Assembly: GCF_001194135.2 (NCBI RefSeq) | Contig: NC_068983.1 | Coordinates: 89,836,866 to 89,900,865 of the forward strand | DNA: 64,000 nucleotides | Reading direction: 5' to 3' | Source: Octopus bimaculoides | Taxonomy: Eukaryota | In this document: one piece after another, positions 1-12,900 of the stretch | Layout: every line of letters begins with the position of its first letter | How positions within the stretch are numbered: the first letter of the stretch is position 1 | Notes under the pieces: generated by a model | Told to the model about the DNA's origin: nothing | The model's database searches: none | The model's input: the letters and a program-made list of their open reading frames with translations, nothing else | Position numbers and translations under genes: made by a program

Positions 1-377
1 CATTTATTGCAAAGTAGTGTTATATAGTCGATTCTAAAATTTTACGCAATTCATTAATGCAAATATTTGTATAGATACGACGTATATTTAAATTCTGTTT
101 AAAAACAAAATATACTTGATTTTAAAATTAAGATCTAATTTATAAATATGTATTTAAAGCAGATACTTGATTAAGTTAAATGAGTATGCTTATATTTATT
201 TGTATCCACACCACTTTATTTGGAGTTATAACGATTAAAAAAAAAAAAAGACTAGATGTTTCGTATTAAAAAAACTTAGTATTTCATTTTGCAGAATACT
301 AATTTCTCACATGGACTGTCTAAATTCATTAAAATAGAAATACTGAATAGGAATTTATTCTACGTCTTTAATATTAA

Positions 378-678
378 GAATAGTTTAGTACGCTGGGCGA
401 AATGCTTAGCGGCATTTCATCCCTCCTCACGTTCTGAGTTCAAATTCCGCTGAGGTCGACTTTGCATTTCAGCCTTTCGGAGTTGATAAAATAAGTACCA
501 GTTGAGCACTGGGGTCGATGTAATCAACTTACATTCTCTCCCTCCCCGAAATTGCTGCCTTTGTACCAAAATTTGAGATCAATATTTAAAATGATTTTAA
601 AGCGGCGAGCCAGCAGAATCGTTTGCACGCTGTATTCCTTCCGACTTGAGTACCAGTCGAGCACTTGGGTCGATACAA
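378..678 (+). mobile_element. SINE copy (378-580) plus a second fragment (601-678)
   Basis: ctgagttcaaattcc..ggtcgac..aataagtaccagtt..ctggggtcgat; same family at 36385-36715. Confidence 0.7.
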
Positions 679-3372
679 TTTTCTGGCCTTTTTCGTGAAT
701 CTCTTTTTATGGGGGCTGACCTTTTTCGTGAACCTATTTTCATAGGGGCTTTGTTTTCAATTAGAATATTGAATAAAATCTCATTTTATTTGATTCCTAA
801 GTCTTAAAATTTCTCGGTGTTTGTGTCTGTTGTCTGGATAATGTTGATGCTATACAAACACTCCCACCTCCCCAACACTGCAACCGATGTTCACAAGAAA
901 ATAATTTACTTATCTCTTTGTATATTAAACCTCGAATAGTTGCTCAAAAGCAACTATTTATTTTCATTCATACTTCGGAAGTATTTTCTTTCTATTTCAA
1001 CATTAACTTAAACATTGGTTTGTTGTATTTTTGTTTATAAACTGAATATTCGGACACACACGCATGGAATTGCTAGTAGAATTCACTCTGAGAGAATGAA
1101 TGGAAGTGCTTGAATTAAATTGAAAGTTGAGGAGAAAGAAGCATCAAATTACTTTGTATTATTGTTTTTGTTTTGTCTTTTTCTTTTTGGCAACTTTCTA
1201 TATTTTCATACTTTGCCTGGCTCTCTTCAAACCGTAACTGTTCTCAACTTTTAACGGACTTGTAACTCCCCCCCCCCCNNNNNNNNNNNNNNNNNNNNNN
1301 NNNNNNNNNNNNNNNNNNNNNNNNNNNNNNNNNNNNNNNNNNNNNNNNNNNNNNNNNNNNNNNNNNNNNNNNNNNNNNNNNNNNNNNNNNNNNNNNNNNN
1401 NNNNNNNNNNNNNNNNNNNNNNNNNNNNNNNNNNNNNNNNNNNNNNNNNNNNNNNNNNNNNNNNNNNNNNNNNNNNNNNNNNNNNNNNNNNNNNNNNNNN
1501 NNNNNNNNNNNNNNNNNNNNNNNNNNNNNNNNNNNNNNNNNNNNNNNNNNNNNNNNNNNNNNNNNNNNNNNNNNNNNNNNNNNNNNNNNNNNNNNNNNNN
1601 NNNNNNNNNNNNNNNNNNNNNNNNNNNNNNNNNNNNNNNNNNNNNNNNNNNNNNNNNNNNNNNNNNNNNNNNNNNNNNNNNNNNNNNNNNNNNNNNNNNN
1701 NNNNNNNNNNNNNNNNNNNNNNNNNNNNNNNNNNNNNNNNNNNNNNNNNNNNNNNNNNNNNNNNNNNNNNNNNNNNNNNNNNNNNNNNNNNNNTTTTTTT
1801 TTTTTTTTTTTTTTTTTTTCTCTTCAAAGTTTGTCCGGATAAAATGTTTAATCTGCTATTCACGATGTGACTAGCAAGTGTTCAGTCATAAAATATATAG
1901 GTTTCCTTCCATGTTTTACTTTTTAAATAGAAATTCCAGTCTGGCAATTATCTAAATTATTTTTCTGTATTTATTTAATCTCCAAAGTTATGATTTAATT
2001 TCATTGGAAGTGATTCTCACCAAAAAGTTTTCGCGATGTTGTTCCTTTAAACTGAATAGTTTTATCTTAATTACACAATTACAATCTATCTTGTATTTGA
2101 TTATATAATTGACATGTCTGTTTTTGTATGAAGAATGTTCCAAATTTGACATGACCATCGTTAATTAGAACTCTTGTCTAGACATGTCTTGTGATGTTAA
2201 GTTTCCTTGGCAATAACACAAGACAATTTATTGTTCAGCAGCTGGCCACTCGCCATGTACATTGTGTTGTATATAGATAGATACGTGCGTACTTATCTGT
2301 CTGTTGTACTACTGCAATTTTTTGAAAATCTGTTTTCATCTTATATTTTCATAACAAATCCTGGATGGCATGGATTTGTTTGTAACCTTTAGTGATGTTT
2401 TACTTTTTGTACTCCGTCCTAATTATGATTAGATTTCTATACAAAAAGCTGGCCCTTCCAGGTAATTTGATTTATTTTGTCTTTGGTATTTGCCATTTTG
2501 ATGTAAACCTATTGAATTTAATGTAGCTTAGGACCACATCTGATTGTGATTGGAATTTATGGTATATATTTTGTTAGGAGGGGTGTCCCCCCCCCCTCCC
2601 TGTTTAGTGTCGTACGAGATATTTTGTTGAACACATTTTCCGAAAATACCAAAAACTAAAAAAGTTACAAGCAGTGAAATGGTGTGCTTAGATCAAAACT
2701 CTGCTTTTGGTCTTGTGTTAATAAGATTATATACTTTATTAGGTACTCAAATATTTTATTCTCCAAAACTACCGAGAAATTGTAGAAAATCAAGAGGTGC
2801 AAATGTTCCTGAATTGAGAATAGTTTTCTCACACTATAAGGGCACATCTTTCTTCATCTCTGTCAGCTGCTTGTTTGTGTGCTTGTCTCGGTTTACATTT
2901 GAACATTTATAACTGCCTCCAAGCAGTTGGTAGTTAGAAACTGTGAGAGGCGGGCATGTCAGTCACTGGATGTACTCTAGTGACTGGTTACGGAAGACTG
3001 CTGCTGAAGTGGAGATGAAGTCTGTGTCCATATTAGGACGATGGCCTAAATATGGATATGGTCATCTATTCTTTCAATAAATGATTAAGAATAAATTTGG
3101 ATGCACTCTTGACGAAAGCTTTACTAATCTAAACCAACATAAAGAAGTGTGTGTATCTATGTATGCAAACACGCACACGCACCTTTCGCCCTCTTAACTT
3201 TTTTTGTTTTTATTAATTTAAATTTCGGTCATACTCTTTCCGTGCACTCATTTTTAAAACAAACTCATCCAACATCAGTTTTACTGACATTTTTAACCAT
3301 TCCTTTTATTCGACGTTTTAGATACAGATTGCTATTATATACAGGCTCATTTTGGTATTCTGAATTTTGCAG

Positions 3373-3548
3373 TGATACGAAGTTTAAGCAGCCTTCAAAG
3401 GGGGTCAGAGAGTGCTTTTATACCCATCCACGTGACAGCAACAGGACCTCGGACCCGAAGCAGGGTCACTATTTGGAATCTCCCTGAAGAAATTCTTATA
3501 TTACTGCTGAAAGAACTTCATATTAAAGAGTTATTAAATATGAGAGCT
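3373..3548 (+). CDS. CCNF: Cyclin F exon, F-box start (..TIWNLPEEILILLLKELHIKELLNMRA)
   Basis: Acceptor ttttgcag|, donor |gtaagt. An in-frame alternative acceptor at 3344/3345 is possible. Confidence 0.85.
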
Positions 3549-6500
3549 GTAAGTGACTTGTTTCCTCTCCTGCCCAATCTGATGCCGTTATTTAATTTTC
3601 ATATTTAAATTCCTGCTAAACTTGATATTCTCCAAACTGTTTATCTACTCAATTATAGTTTAATGACTCTTCTGCTTGTCTGTTTTTCCTGTCTCATTTA
3701 TTGGGGGTTAGCATTTTTATGTTGTCATCTGAGCAGCTATGGAATAGACAATTTGGTAGGCTTATTTCTGTATAAAAAATAACAATGACCATATGTCTTC
3801 TTGTTTTACTTTGGAAATTATCCATCCTGTGTGTATGTTTCCAACTATCTTCTCCACTATTCTTTGGAGGGCCTTTTGGAATAAGTCCTCAAGCACATTC
3901 TCCTATGGTTCACTCCCAAGCATGATATTGTCCAACCAGCTTGTCCTTGATCTACCCTAAGGTCTTCTGCATGTTGGCTTGGCTTGAGAAAAACCATCTT
4001 GTGATTCTCTCCTGTGACATTTTAATCACATGTCCATAGTACCGCAGCTGTGACTTTTCTCTGCAGAGGAATAGTGGTTCAACCTGAAGATCTCCGGGTT
4101 ATGCGCCTTGTTGAAAGACATTACTCCAGAGATTTTTTGGAGGAGCCCCACTTCAGCCACTTATTTTTCACAATCATACTCTTTCGGTCATTGCCCAACA
4201 TTCATGACCATAGGTGAGGATAGGCATGAAAACCAATATCTGAGGATTAGATGCTGCAATTCTATGAAATTACCCTGCACTTCTTACCTCCAATTCAACC
4301 TCCTGCTTCCCACCATTCATGAATGCGTCTTGTGATAAATACAGAGGTGTTGCAAGTGTTTCATAATGTCCCCAGGCAAAGTACAATTTTAATGGTCAAA
4401 AGTTTTCATGTGTGTTTAAATCTTACAAAGATTGATCTGGGTGGATTGAAAAGGTTGTCATGTCTATTGTAATTCTATGGTAACTCTTCATTTTCAACTA
4501 TTAACAAATATCACCTATATTTTCAGGTTCATCCCTATTTCCAAAATCTCATTGATAACAGTTTGTCTATATGGTCTGTTGTTAACTTCCAAGATTCCTG
4601 GCCATCACCAAATAATATCAAGCATTTCGAGAAGTGAGTAGAAAAATTCAAGAATGCTATCAGTTTTTGTTTTTTTATGCACACTTTAAACTTTGAAGTT
4701 GTAATTTATATTTATATATACACTAAAGTTTTGTCCTTAACTTTAGAAAGCATAGATTAGTTTATAACGTGTGTGCATCTCTCTCTCTCTCTCCTCATAC
4801 ACACACACACACACACACACAGAGTGGTAACATAAATGACCTTTGTACAATTCTCTAGTAAATTAATTTGTATATGATTAAGAAAATCTTTTCTTTCTTT
4901 CAAATAAGTTTAAATGGTCTGTGATTCTAGAACAATTAGTATTAAATGTTGTATCTCTTTTTAAAGAAATTTATCTGAGTTTCCTTTTTAGAACTTCTAT
5001 ATACCATTTATAGAAACAACCTATAAAGAGACTGATAATTTATTTTTAAACAAGTTCTAGTTTGATTTTACTCATTGATAACATTGAAGAATTTAATATA
5101 CTTACGGAACTTGAAGAAATTGAAACTTGGCAATCCATTTGCACAAGATCATTTTATTTTATTTTATTTTTTTGCTCATAATTGGTTTTTAAATATTAAT
5201 GGATTAAGTGTGTGGGGAGGGGTAATTCTTATACACTCACAACTTTTCCAAGAGAAGATCAAGTATACATTACATGAGTGACTTGAACAAATTTTGTAGA
5301 AAAAGTTTTTGTTTTTGTTTTTTTTTTACATAGTGAAAGTAAAGCAGAATCTGTTAAAATCATAAAAGTGACACAAAATAGCAGAAAATATTTATATATG
5401 TACTCATTTGTTCATAGTTGGAGCTAATTTTCTGTTTTTACCTTTGAGAAAGGCATCTCACAATCTCGATTTCTTCTTTTATAAATTTGTAGCATGTCTA
5501 AGTAAGAATTCATCTTGTTACTAGTATATGATATTTTAGTGGCAGAAACTAAACATAGAATACAACACAGTGGTCTTTAGTTCTCTGTATTAAATTTAAT
5601 TTCTGCTGGGTATAACTTTGCTTTACATTAAATATATAATTTGCAAACTTTGTGCCAATGCACAAAAAAAAAGTCATTGTTATTTTTGTCCTAAAAGATA
5701 AATCTTAGGCTTTCTCATATTTTTCAGTGCTGCCAGTCAGTGTAACGTTGAAGCTTTGGTGAAATTAGCTCTGGCGCATCTTTATAATGAAGGATGTATG
5801 TATCTGCTCCTAAGTTTATTTTATTTTATAAACTCTTACTTACTGCATTTAACATAACCCTTAGCTTAAGTCAATCAAATTTACATGTTTTATGCAGTTG
5901 ATTGACTTATGTAATTTAAAACTACACTTAATTGCAATGATGAAACTTTATCAAACATTAAATCTTATTTAGTATATGGTTTGTAAAATTGTGGAAACTT
6001 TCTAATGAAATTTTATGTGAATCTTTGCAGTACCTGGTGATAAAGAAAATAAACAAATAACACATAATGGCTTTGTTGCTGCTGAGATGTTTTGTAAAGT
6101 GGAAAGGTTATGTTCAAGTTCTGATCCCTTCTGTTGGCTGTTCATTCGCCCTCCATGGTCTCTAAATGGTGCATGCTGCAAAGAATGTGTTTTTACCTAC
6201 CTCAGGATCTATTTACGTAGGGTTAGTTTCTTTTTCCTTTTTCTTGAGCAATCAGTCTGATAAGACAGAACAGTACCTATTGCCTTTAACAGTTGTTTTT
6301 AGAGATGAAGTAAAAGGTTAACTCAGTTTAGTATAAACTGCAAAGTAGTCAGTGATAGGACTTCCACCTGTAAAAGCCATGCCAAACACAACCAGGATGG
6401 TCTATTTCTTTTGTTGGTATATGTGCCAAATGATGGAGGACAACAAGAGCTGTCCAATCAATGCAAGTATAGGAAAACTGATATAAAAAATGTTTGTGGC

Positions 6501-6883
6501 TAATAAAAGGGTTCAACTGGGCTGTTCAATATTTAGTAGACATTTGATGGAAGGAGTTGAAAAATAACAAGAAATGAAGGGGTATTTTTGAAAAGGTAAA
6601 ATATTTTGTAATAGAAACTGGTTTTAGCTTTATTAGTTATAGGCCTCTACTCCAAACAGAAACATGAATGGCTTTTAACTTGTATTTTCATTTAAGGTAA
6701 GTTTGCATTGTTCAGAATATAATTTAGGAATATTTTTAGGATAGAATGTTGTGTAGCTAGCAGCAGATATTGAACTATAACTTGGTATTGCATATTGCTG
6801 CATCAACTACTTGGGTTGGCTAGTATGGGGAACAGTTAGCTAACTGAGTCCTGGTTCATCAACAACTGGAATTCACTAGGAGC

Positions 6884-6928
<45 letters not shown>

Positions 6929-9900
6929 GCAAAACCCAAGACAGCCTTATCTGTTGTTTCAGGTGGCTGATCCTAAAATACAGATCTGTGTTGTAAAGAC
7001 TATAATGCTTCTGGGAGAAGAAGGAAGTCAACAGGAAACAATGTCATTGCTGGAAGAAGCTAAGGAACAAGGATCTGCTGCAGCTGCTTTCATGCTATGG
7101 GAGAAGAAATATATAAACAATGTAAGTCTTTTATGCTGTTGTAAACTTTTTGTTTGGTTCATAAGGGGGGTTTTTCTCGTTTAATTAACATGCTTTGCTA
7201 GCTGCAACATTGATTACTATTCCAAACACTTTCACTATCAAAATCAATTCATTACATCGGTCACCTCATCACAAGATTTTATTTTTATAATGAAGCATCT
7301 GCATTGAATATGAAATGGCATTTTATTATTCTCTGGTCAGCATAAAATTTGAAGCTCACTATTCATGAGATAGACTAATGTCCCATAAACTCACTGGGTT
7401 ATTAAAGTGCCACTACAAACTTTATTAAGGAAAGATTATTCCTTATCCATAATGAAACTATGCTAACAAAACTTGTTTTTCTACTAGGTAGACAAGGACA
7501 TTAAAAGTTAGGTGCCTTGTCCTGTTCATGACACTTCTCAGCTGGTAGGTGGACACATTACTAACTTAATCAATCACAACTCTGAAATAATTTTTAAACA
7601 CTATTATTGTTGATAAAAATAAACTTCTGTCTGATGGAAGTCATGATATTAAAAAAAAAAAGCCAAAATATTGTTCTGTACTGTTTCAGAAACAGTAAGA
7701 ACATGTAAAATGAAAGATAAAACCATTTAGCTGTAGATAGATTTCCCTAAATGATTAAAATGCTAGTCTGCTGCTTAAAAAATGTAAACACATATACATT
7801 AGTTTGATTTCAATTAATATTCAGAACCATTTAAATTAAACCTTAAAAACGTTTTGTTCTGTTTTGTAACGATAGCAAAATTTGGAGCCTTCTGAGGAAC
7901 TAGAAAGCATCAGAGAACTACGTGATATTGCCAGTAGTGGGAATTTAAATGCTCAACTCACCCTTTGCCATTACTACGCTTCATCAAAGTTTGGTGGTCT
8001 TCATCAAACCCAAGCTGCTGCTTTCATACGGGATTTTGTGCACTCCTCAAAATCTTCCTCAATTCAAAAGATATTCCGATGCAATCATGAACTTACACCA
8101 AATATGAGGTAATTTCAGGCTCCTAACCTCTTTCTGCATGTCAAAAGGCAGTTTTTATATTTACTTTTTTTTTTTTTCATATTGGCTCACTGTTACTCTA
8201 GCAGTCATGCACTTTTGGGTAGCTGCCATATCTTCATTAAATTGTGCTTCTACCTAATCAATGACTGCTTATCTATCACTAACAAGCTGCAGTGATTCCA
8301 GCTATTTATTAGTTTTAGTTTTGTTCATCTACAGTCTTTCCAGATTTTAAACATCCCTAACAGATCTTTGATTCTGCTATAAGATCCAGATCATCTGCAA
8401 ATGGGCTCCACCCATGGACAGACAATTTCTGCTGTTAGGGTTTCTTGAACTTTGATGAAGATGAGAAGGCTCAGGATAGAGCCTTGATGAACTTCAAATT
8501 GCTCACCATATGGTCAATCCTGACCTTGTAGTTCCCTCATACATGAACTTGAAAGCTCTCATGAGCCACCCTGTCAGATACTTTATTTAAATCTACAAAG
8601 GTGAGATATTATTTATTCAACACAAATGTTTCCCTTTGTGGATGTTTCATTAAGGATGTTACTTGTTGCAACAATAAATGTTTTTTAATCATTACTTCAA
8701 ATATTCACTTCCAGGTACATCTTGGTTGATTGGCTTGTGGAAGTTGCTGAAATGAAAGAATTGTCTAGTCAAACTTTGCATGCCTCCATTGCTTTGATGG
8801 ATCGATATTTAAAAATCCATCCAACTTCCAGAGGGGTCTTGCAGCTTCTTGGTGTGGTGTCAATGTTAGTTTGTTCAAGGTGAGTCTTCTCCACTTGCCA
8901 GTATTTTGAGTAGTACATGCCATTTACTGTTAGTATACAGAAATATGATAAACTGTGAACTAGGTAGGTACAGGTGGTAAGACATTTGCTTCCCAACCAC
9001 ATGGTTCTATACCACTGCATGGCACCTAGGCCAAGTATCTTACTATAGCTCAGACAATGAGTGGATTTGGTAGACGGAAACTGAAAGAAACCCATCACGT
9101 GTGTGTGTCTGTGCTTGTCCCCCACCACCACTTGACAACCAATGTTGGTGTGTTTATGTCCTTCTGACTTAGCAGTTTGGTAAAAGAGACTGATAGAATA
9201 AGTACTGGGGTTGATTTGTTCAACTAAAATTCTGCATGGTGGTACGCCAACATGGTTGTAGTTTAATGACTGAAACACCTGAAGACAGCTCTGGAACCTA
9301 ACACATGCATTTTTCAATGTCTCTGGGAAGATCTTTTTTTTTTTTTGGCACACACACACTCAAGAAACTTTCTACTCTTAGTTTCGCCTCCTTATACAGA
9401 AATGATGCAGAGATTCGTTTTATATGTAGCAAATTTATCTCCTATTAAGATTTTTAGGGGATGAGAAACAAATGAAGTAGAATGTTGTAGCTCATTTGAA
9501 ACATGTCAATTTATGTTTCAGTGACTGATAGAAACAACTTCTAACTTGAGTACAACACAGTCCACAGTTGATATCTAGTTTATTATTAACCTGAGAAAAA
9601 TGAAAGACAAAGTTAACTTGAGTATGGTTATATAACACATGGTATTCTGTCCACTACTCTACTAATTTTGCCAGCAAGCTAAGACATTTCTTATTGATGT
9701 ACTTGTATATATTTTTAAAACTCTTTACACATTTTCTTTTTTCCTTCTTTAGATATTTAGGTAAAGATATAATTACAATTCGTGAAGCAGCTTGGTTAAC
9801 TGACAACACATACAAATATGAAGATGTTGTGAAAATGATGGGGGAAATCGTAGCCACTTTAAAAGGGAGCATCAGGGTAAGTAAAATATCTTTGTTTTTG

Positions 9901-12900
9901 TTTTTTGTTTCCTCCAAGGGTAAGTAATATCCTTATTCTGATATTTACCAAAAGCAAAGCTAAAGTTTATTTTATGGTTGTCACAACTTTATGGCTGAAT
10001 GGCTATGGCAGTGACAAACAGCTTCTGGTCTTGTAAGTTATAACTTGAAAGTTTCATGCAAGTGCTACCAATTGAAGGCTCCGCATACTGGATGGTAGCA
10101 AGTTTATGGAGTCATCAGGGGAAAAAGCACACTGTTTCGAGGTCTACCTCCCAATGGCATCATTGTGCACTTGCTAGATCAACTGGTTGTCAGGTTTCGC
10201 TCAGTATTCTCCTAGCCATTGCTTATCATCTAAGCTTTTGTAAATTTAACTTTTTTTCAGTGTATGACTGTTTTCAAATTAAGATCTATTTCTTCTTTCA
10301 GAGACCAACAAGTCTTGACTTTGCAACAATATTTTGTTTGTTAGATGAAATGGATTCAGTCAGTCATAGTTTGGTCAATTACATCTGTGAACTCTGTTTA
10401 CTTCATTCAGAGTTGGGTCAATACTCAGCTGCAGAGATGGCAGCAAGTGCTTTCATTTTGTCTCGCATCATATTAAAGTCTGGTATGTCACCTCTTGCTT
10501 CTACTTATCTTAGTATATTGTTCTTTTGGTATTCTAGTTGTATGCATCCTTTACTTTTTCTTATAAGTGACCTATGTAAGACTTGTAACTGCTTCTCTGC
10601 TAACAATTCTCATTTTTGATTTTTCTGATAAAAATAAGATAGCTTCTACATAGTCACTTGAAATAGCAGCTACATCTCTAATATTATCCTATTGTTTTAA
10701 ATAAACAGAAGGGTACATTTGATATGCTACTGTATGGAGGACCATATGACATGGTAGTGACTTGAAATTGGTCTGCTGGACCAAGGTCAACCTCGGGCTA
10801 ATCAACAACAATTTTGATTTCACCAAAATTCTCCATGATAAAGAAGCCGGTTTTACATTTAAAAGTCACTTATATGTGACTCTTGCCGACACTTATAATT
10901 GATTGGTGTAGATTGAAAAAGATTTAGGGCAATGGGAGAGTGGCCAATTTATAATTACTTGTAACACTTTATAGGTAAAACGGGGTTTTTGTACCCTGGG
11001 TTAAATATTTTTAAGGTAACAGCTGGATGTATAAGGATACAGGTTTAAAGAATATTGTGTGTGTGTATAACGTTTGTAGAGATGGTCTTGTTTGTGTCTA
11101 GCAGATTTTGAATTACTCTTTTGAAAGCTATTTGTATCCTGAAGTACATTTCTTATGCAGATCTCCTATGGCCAGAAAAAATGGTACTGTTTACTGGAGT
11201 TTGTCTTCGGGATCTTAGTGCTTGTGTTATACACATACATAGAAAGTGGTATGTATTTTCTGTCTGTTCCTTTTATGATAGACCTTACAAACAACAGGAA
11301 CTTTTAACTGTTTGGGTTTAATAGCTTAAAGCACTAGTGGACATATAGCTTCCCTGAAAGTTACCATTTGAATATAAATACTTAATTTGTAGACATTGAT
11401 ATTTCTGTTAGCATTCTATTCAGCCATAGTGTTAATGCTTGTTGGGCAAACTAGATCAAACAATTATGTGCTGTCTTAAGGGACCATGTCTAGTCTAACA
11501 CCTTGAATTTTCCACTAGTGTGTTGCTTTAAATTATGGTTTGTTGACAGTAAAAATAGGCTAATTCAGAGTGTAAGCAATGTTTTGAGTTATTGGGCCCG
11601 GGATATGTTGGATATAAATTGTCTATAGAAATTATTTGCTTTTATTTATATTAAACATATTCCAATTTATTTTTCTCTATTCAGCTTTTTTGAGGGTGTT
11701 GTTATTGATCATCGGGATGTTGTCTTGCAAGCTGTCAAACTACGATATAGTAATGAAAATTTTGATAAAGTTAGTGATAGAACGGTAAGTTGGCAGGTTT
11801 TCTGTTAAGCTTTAAATGTTTGTACTGTAAATTATTTAATATATGCTATTGGCCAGCATTCCTACCAGAAAGACTTTTTGTTTCTGTATTTCACTGATGA
11901 GAGTTTAAGCCTTTTGTTACCAAATTTCTGTTGAAATACATTGCCTTTGAAAATAATGAAGAATTCAGTAAAATAACTTTGTCATTGTTAAGATGGTGTT
12001 TGGAACATAAATTAATATAAAATTTTGATGTAAAGCTATTGATAACTTTGGATAACTTCAAACTGGAAGTTTGTAATCACAGAACCGGGGATTGTCTCGG
12101 GCAGGCAGGCATTGTATCAATAAGGTTAAAATCTTAAATATATATTTTAGCAAGGTTTTTGGACTCTAATATAGAGTGAATTCTGATAGTGAATGAATAC
12201 ATTGTCTAATATTGGCTATAGTTTGCAAATGTTAAAGGTTTTGAATTTTTTGTTTATTGGAATAATTGAAGGAATAGGGTACAATTCCAAATCTAACACT
12301 TATCAGCACTTATAATTTTTAATAGTGTTTAAGCAAATTTTTCTCTGACACTAGGGAATTGTATACCCAGAGTCTAAACTATTGAGATATTTTTGATGTG
12401 TATCACATTAAAAGCTGTATCAGCATGCTTGTGTATTTGCATTGCATGGAGTATTTTGCTTTAAAGAAACATGGAATTTGAGTATATTTAATGCTTTGTG
12501 TGTAGTTAAATTTACCCTATGCATTTGTGGCAGATTGAAAAGTATACAATTTACATTATTTATGAGTACAAATTCTTCATCTTAGACTTTCACACATTTT
12601 TAACTAAAATGGTATACAGCACAATCAACTTGTAAAAGAAATAATTTTCAGCTCTGTCTCATCTCAAACCATTTCACTTCACAATCTTACGAACCCTACC
12701 ACCCACTCACTCAGCCCAGTCTTATGTACCTTGAGGATATGTCCCGACATGTCACCATATCTCTGCCCCCCATCCAACTGAGGTATCCTTATCTCTATTC
12801 TTTTAACTTCTCATCAACTAGTGCAAAGCCACTTCCCTCAATACTGCTCCCCCTTCCCAGCTGAGGGTCTTTGTCCTACAAAGTTACTTGGTGACACTGC

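Noticed and set aside
1198-1863. Long ORFs across N-runs (also 15751-16439, 55549-55947, 57178-57492)
   Set aside because: Artifacts of gaps translated as X.
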